Positions 34,528 to 38,097 of a stretch of 38,097 nucleotides of DNA are shown one piece after another. The stretch comes from Polyangiales bacterium. Lineage in GTDB: Bacteria > Myxococcota_A > Polyangia > Polyangiales > Houyiibacteriaceae. The notes under the pieces were generated by a model that saw nothing but the letters and a program-made list of their open reading frames with translations, was not told the DNA's origin and did no database searches. The DNA lies in assembly GCA_045106895.1 (NCBI GenBank), contig JBGCFM010000255.1, positions 1 through 38,097 on the forward strand. Reading direction: 5' to 3'. Made by a program: the position numbers and the translations under genes. Position 1 is the stretch's first letter. Every line of letters starts with the position of its first letter.

Positions 34528-35142
34528 ATGCCCACGCGCAAAAAGCCAAAGCAAGAGCGAGCCAAGGTCACCGCCGACGCCATCGTGGAAGCCACGGGGC
34601 AGGTGTTTGGCAAAGGCGGCTTCGAAAGCACGACGACGACAAACGTCGCACGCCGCGCTGGCGTGAGCATCGGCTCTCTCTACCAGTACTTCCCTGACAA
34701 GAAGGCGCTCATCGCGAAGTTCTTCGAGCAGCGCATCGCGGACGACTTCGCGCTCATGGAAGAGCTGGCTCAACAAGATGCCGCGGGCGATCCACGAGAG
34801 CTTCTCGCGGGAATGATGCGCAGCATGATTCGCCTCGTTCAAAACGAGCGAGAGCTCTACGCAAGCGTCGTCGACATTCTGCCGATGATGGAACAAACCG
34901 ACGAGGTGAGAGGAGCGCTCTCCGCCGGCGCGATGCTCTTCGAGACGTACCTGCGCGACCACCCTGCCCTCAAGGGTCGCTACAACGCGCAGCAGGCCCG
35001 CTTGGCAGCGCGCATGACGTTCCATGGCGTTCGAAGCGCGCTCTTCGCCGTCGTCGAGCACTGCCCCGAAAGCCTCGATGACCCGGAGCTCTCCGAACGG
35101 CTGACGAAGGGCGCTCTTGCGCTACTGGGGTTTGAGGAATGA
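34528..35142 (+). CDS. TetR/AcrR family transcriptional regulator
   Basis: RKKPKQERAKVTADAIVEAT..VF...GF..TTTTNVARRAGVSIGSLYQYFPDKKAL. Confidence 0.96.
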   Translation: MPTRKKPKQERAKVTADAIVEATGQVFGKGGFESTTTTNVARRAGVSIGSLYQYFPDKKALIAKFFEQRIADDFALMEELAQQDAAGDPRELLAGMMRSMIRLVQNERELYASVVDILPMMEQTDEVRGALSAGAMLFETYLRDHPALKGRYNAQQARLAARMTFHGVRSALFAVVEHCPESLDDPELSERLTKGALALLGFEE

Positions 35143-35244
35143 CGCGCTTGGAGGAATGACGCGCTTGGAGGAATGACGCGCTTGGAGGAATGACGCGCGT
35201 GGAGGAATGACGCGCTTGGAGGAATGACGCGCTTGGAGGAATGA
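35134..35244. repeat. 17-bp tandem repeat GAGGAATGACGCGCTTG, 6.5 copies
   Basis: Units at 35134, 35151, 35168, 35185 (one T>G variant), 35202, 35219 and a partial unit at 35236. The first unit contains the TetR stop codon. No spacers. Confidence 0.97.
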
Positions 35245-35254
35245 GCCGCGAACG

Positions 35255-36124
35255 CTACTCGGGGCCGAGCCGGCGGTGCTCTCGGACCTCGAACCCAGAC
35301 CACGCGCGGGACCTTAAACGAAGGGCGTGCACTTCGCCGAGCCAAGCGGCACCGGACGTATTCTCGTTGCCCACCAAGAGCGGAAATGTTGGGTCCCACT
35401 CTCCAAAGTCGCCGTCGTGGACTTCGTTCGCGACGAGGACTCCGTCGACGTAGATACGCAAGCGCCCGCTGCCGGTTCGCACCATCACGATGTGGGTCAA
35501 GGCGGTCCGAGCCACGCCGGTCTCCGTGCGGATGCCGGGGATACCGTTGGGTGTGGTTGTGTCGTTCGCGCGAATGCGACCGACATACATCGTCGAACCC
35601 CGGTCTTCTAAAAGCAGGTTCCCCTGGTCGAGGGTGAAGTTCCTTTGGTCCGAACCGATGCTCGAGCTCATGATTCGGGCGCTGGTGGGCGTTCTTTCCG
35701 CGGGCGTGACCCACGCCTCGACGGTGAGCTCGCCGCTTTGCACGCACGCTTCGTAAAAGGCAAGGGGAGGCTCCGCACGCAGCGTCGTCGGTGACTCGAT
35801 GACCATGGCGCCATCGATCCAGCGAACCGCACTCGGGTCGAGAACCTGAAGGGGCGATGGACTGTCCGGATTGGACGAGAACACCTGCGTGCCTTCTCCT
35901 TCGTCGAAGGCGTACGAGAGCTCAAAAGCGCTCGGCGGCGTATCTGCTGCGTCGTCAGGCGTGTCGGATGACGCGTCGGCGAAGAATGTATCCAAAGCCG
36001 CGTCGACGAGGGGCGCGTCAACGGACGCATCCAGGACCCCACCATCCACCGGCGATGACTGGATGACGTCTTCGTAATACGTGCAGCCGAGGAGAGTCGC
36101 GAGGAGTAGAAGGCGGACTACCAT
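35255..36124 (-). CDS. LamG/ConA-like lectin domain lipoprotein
   Basis: Lipobox LLGC, DA-rich linker. YAFDEGEG, LTVEAWVTP, THIVMVR..GRLRIYVDG, LLVGNE..WLGEV. Confidence 0.9.
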   Translation of the reverse strand: MVVRLLLLATLLGCTYYEDVIQSSPVDGGVLDASVDAPLVDAALDTFFADASSDTPDDAADTPPSAFELSYAFDEGEGTQVFSSNPDSPSPLQVLDPSAVRWIDGAMVIESPTTLRAEPPLAFYEACVQSGELTVEAWVTPAERTPTSARIMSSSIGSDQRNFTLDQGNLLLEDRGSTMYVGRIRANDTTTPNGIPGIRTETGVARTALTHIVMVRTGSGRLRIYVDGVLVANEVHDGDFGEWDPTFPLLVGNENTSGAAWLGEVHALRLRSRAWSGFEVREHRRLGPE

Positions 36125-37173
36125 GCGGCTCCTGCGCCGAGCAGCGCGCGAAGCACGACCCCCTCGATGGCCGCGACGATCTCCCCGTCCTCCGTGGCGC
36201 CTGCTCCGATGACAACGCCGCCGATTTCAACCTGGGCTCGAAGGCGAAATGCACCCAGCTCCACGCCAAGAATGGTGCCCGCGGCGAGGGAGAGAGCTGG
36301 GCGCACGACATTCTGAAAAACGAGCGGCCCCTGACCGCTTCCTTGAAACTCCACGAGGAACACCCGCGGCCCGCCTTGAAGTCGAAGGTGGACCTTCGAA
36401 GCACGAACGAGCTCTACGCCCGCCGCCACCGACAGCCATCCCGCCCGTGTGTCGACGGTTCCAAGTCGACCCGACTCGGAAAGCGCGACGCCAAAGCCGA
36501 CTTCGGTTTCCAGTCCGTAGCGCGCACCTCCAAAGCGAAGTGCGAGGGCTCCGCCGAAGAGGCGAACCCCACCGCCGAAATACTCGGCGCTTCCAAGAAC
36601 GCTAAGGGACCATTCGAGCGCGCCTCCCTCGGCGCTCGTCTCGCCCGCGTCGTCTGCGCTGATGGTCGAAGCCGTCGTCGAATCCGTTGTTGAATCCGCG
36701 ACGGGTTGGGGAAGAGCCTCAGCGTCAGGAACGTCGGCGGGAGGTAGCGCGTCGTCGCGGGCAGTCTCTCCAGCCCTTTCCAAACGATGTTCGCGACGCA
36801 GACCGCTGGCGCGCAAAAGCTCCGCAGCCGCCACGGCGATCATCCATGAATGGCTGTCCGGAGGAAGGTCGCGAAGCTCTAGAACCCGCGGTAGAAAAAA
36901 ACCTGGGCGTCCCGTCCGCGCGTGGAGCTGAACGGGGCCTGTACCAACCCAGTGCAAAGTGACGTCGGCGGCGGGACCGACGGATTCAAGCACGCAGACG
37001 TCGACGCCACGCGAACCGAACTCCGTGCGGAGGTCTACGAGGACACGCTCTCGAAACGGAAGCTCCCATCCGCTCCCAAAAAAACGCACCGCGACGCCAT
37101 CATCGCCATCATCGCACTGGGCTTGAGCCCAGGAGGCTTGGGATACGGCCAGCAGCGCCAACAAGACGAGCAT
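36118..37173 (-). CDS. Secreted protein with probable C-terminal outer-membrane beta-barrel
   Basis: Signal peptide; AVAAAELLRAS motif; P/D/T-rich linker; alternating amphipathic Gly-rich strands ending LLGAGAAW. Overlaps the LamG gene start. Alternative start at 37254. Confidence 0.75.
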   Translation of the reverse strand: MLVLLALLAVSQASWAQAQCDDGDDGVAVRFFGSGWELPFRERVLVDLRTEFGSRGVDVCVLESVGPAADVTLHWVGTGPVQLHARTGRPGFFLPRVLELRDLPPDSHSWMIAVAAAELLRASGLRREHRLERAGETARDDALPPADVPDAEALPQPVADSTTDSTTASTISADDAGETSAEGGALEWSLSVLGSAEYFGGGVRLFGGALALRFGGARYGLETEVGFGVALSESGRLGTVDTRAGWLSVAAGVELVRASKVHLRLQGGPRVFLVEFQGSGQGPLVFQNVVRPALSLAAGTILGVELGAFRLRAQVEIGGVVIGAGATEDGEIVAAIEGVVLRALLGAGAAW

Positions 37174-37346
37174 CGAGCTCAAAAACGACCCTAGCGTCTC
37201 GAAGAAACTCCGGGACGAGCCCGGCACGGAAGAGCTGTGGTTCAAACACGACATGGCTGAAGACCGTTACGATCGCTTCACTATACAAGATAAATGAACC
37301 GCTTGGTGTGTCGTAGGACTCCTAGGTACGAACGCGTCACGCAAGC

Positions 37347-37964
37347 ATGTCTGTCAACGAAACCAAAACGAGATACCGGGACGCCAGCGTCATCCCGATT
37401 CGCCGCGACGCTCCCGTCGCGCCCGCTTCCGATGGCGAACTTGTTTCCCGAGCCCTCGCTGGAGACGAGAGCGGAGCGGAGTTGCTGTTTCGTCGCTACG
37501 CGAGTTTCGTTACGGGGCTGGCGTACCGCCTCGCAGGCGGCCGTCAGTCCGACGTGGATGATCTTGTTCAGGATTCTCTCCTCAAGGCGCTGGAGAAACT
37601 CCATCAACTTCGAGACCCACAGTCCTTCGCCAAATGGCTCGGCACCATTGTGGTTCGTACCTCACGCAGACATTTTCGGCGTACTCGTCTGCAGTCGCGC
37701 TTCTTGAGTGGTGGCGCCGCTCGCCCCATCGACGTCAACTCGCTGGTAAGTCCGGACGCGCCGCCGGACGTGGCTGCGGAGCTGCGCGGACTCTATGCGA
37801 TGCTCGAAACACTCCCCTCGGACGAACGAGTGGCTCTTGTTCTCCGCCGAGTACAAGGCCTAACCATTCCAGAGATCGCCCAGTGGATGGGAGTGTCACT
37901 CTCAACGGTAAAGAGAAGACTCGATGTTGCCGAGGTAAAGCTAGCGCGAAGGATTGCCCCATGA
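37347..37964 (+). CDS. ECF-type RNA polymerase sigma-70 factor
   Basis: SDGELVSRALAGD..., DVDDLVQDSLLKALEKL..LRDPQSFAKWLGTIVVR, LPSDERVALVLRRVQGLTIPEIA..MGVSLSTVKRRL. Confidence 0.95.
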   Translation: MSVNETKTRYRDASVIPIRRDAPVAPASDGELVSRALAGDESGAELLFRRYASFVTGLAYRLAGGRQSDVDDLVQDSLLKALEKLHQLRDPQSFAKWLGTIVVRTSRRHFRRTRLQSRFLSGGAARPIDVNSLVSPDAPPDVAAELRGLYAMLETLPSDERVALVLRRVQGLTIPEIAQWMGVSLSTVKRRLDVAEVKLARRIAP

Positions 37965-38097
37965 ACGCCCCGGAGAAGCGCTATGACCGCACTGAGTACG
38001 TCTCTCCACCGGACGCGGAGGCGACCTTTGAACGTGGATGGACCCGAGCCAAGGCCCGTCGGTCTCGCGGCCCTCGAAAAGCCCCCTGGGTCATCGC
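37961..38097 (+). CDS. Start of probable anti-sigma (FecR-type) gene, 3'-truncated
   Basis: ATGA overlap with the sigma stop. The frame is open to the window end (MNAPEKRYDRTEYVSPPDAEATFERGWTRAKARRSRGPRKAPWVI). Identity is inferred from position only. Confidence 0.55.
   Translation, partial: MNAPEKRYDRTEYVSPPDAEATFERGWTRAKARRSRGPRKAPWVI

Noticed and set aside
35134..35244. Possible CRISPR array
   Set aside because: The 17-bp units abut with no unique spacers, and there are no cas genes in the window.
1..38097. tRNA/rRNA genes, integrase, transposase, prophage or known defence systems
   Set aside because: No cloverleaf or rRNA signatures, and no DDE, tyrosine/serine recombinase, HUH or phage motifs were recognised in any ORF.

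Overview
High-GC bacterial window, most consistent with Myxococcota (Polyangiales/Sandaracinaceae-like). This is inferred from a MYXO-CTERM sorting tail, Cys-rich lipoproteins with Asp-Ala-Gly linkers, myxobacterial-type TPR proteins and a large HExxHxxGxxH lipoprotein protease. About 27 CDSs are present, mostly envelope or surface proteins: a carboxylesterase, an RCC1 protein, a beta-helix protein, an EGF plus twin lectin-like protein, a zinc protease with a sigma-54 promoter, a DUF1554-like protein, a PGRP-type amidase and a LamG protein. Also present are two ECF sigma loci, an HTTM two-gene unit, an NTT/HEAT plus tandem cNMP-binding operon, DUF4132, LysR/DUF2306 and TetR genes. I saw no rRNA, tRNA, CRISPR array or intact transposase. 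The most interesting unexplained signals are: (i) a repeated module of a TPR protein with an outer-membrane-type C-terminus coupled to a surface lipoprotein; (ii) a ~100-nt structured repeat with many compensatory base changes at 12.2-12.5 kb; (iii) an internally deleted TetR relic that, with the intact TetR, brackets the LysR-DUF2306 pair; (iv) decayed VanW and LRR gene relics; (v) tandem repeats starting at stop codons. All family calls come from motif recognition by eye; no searches were run.
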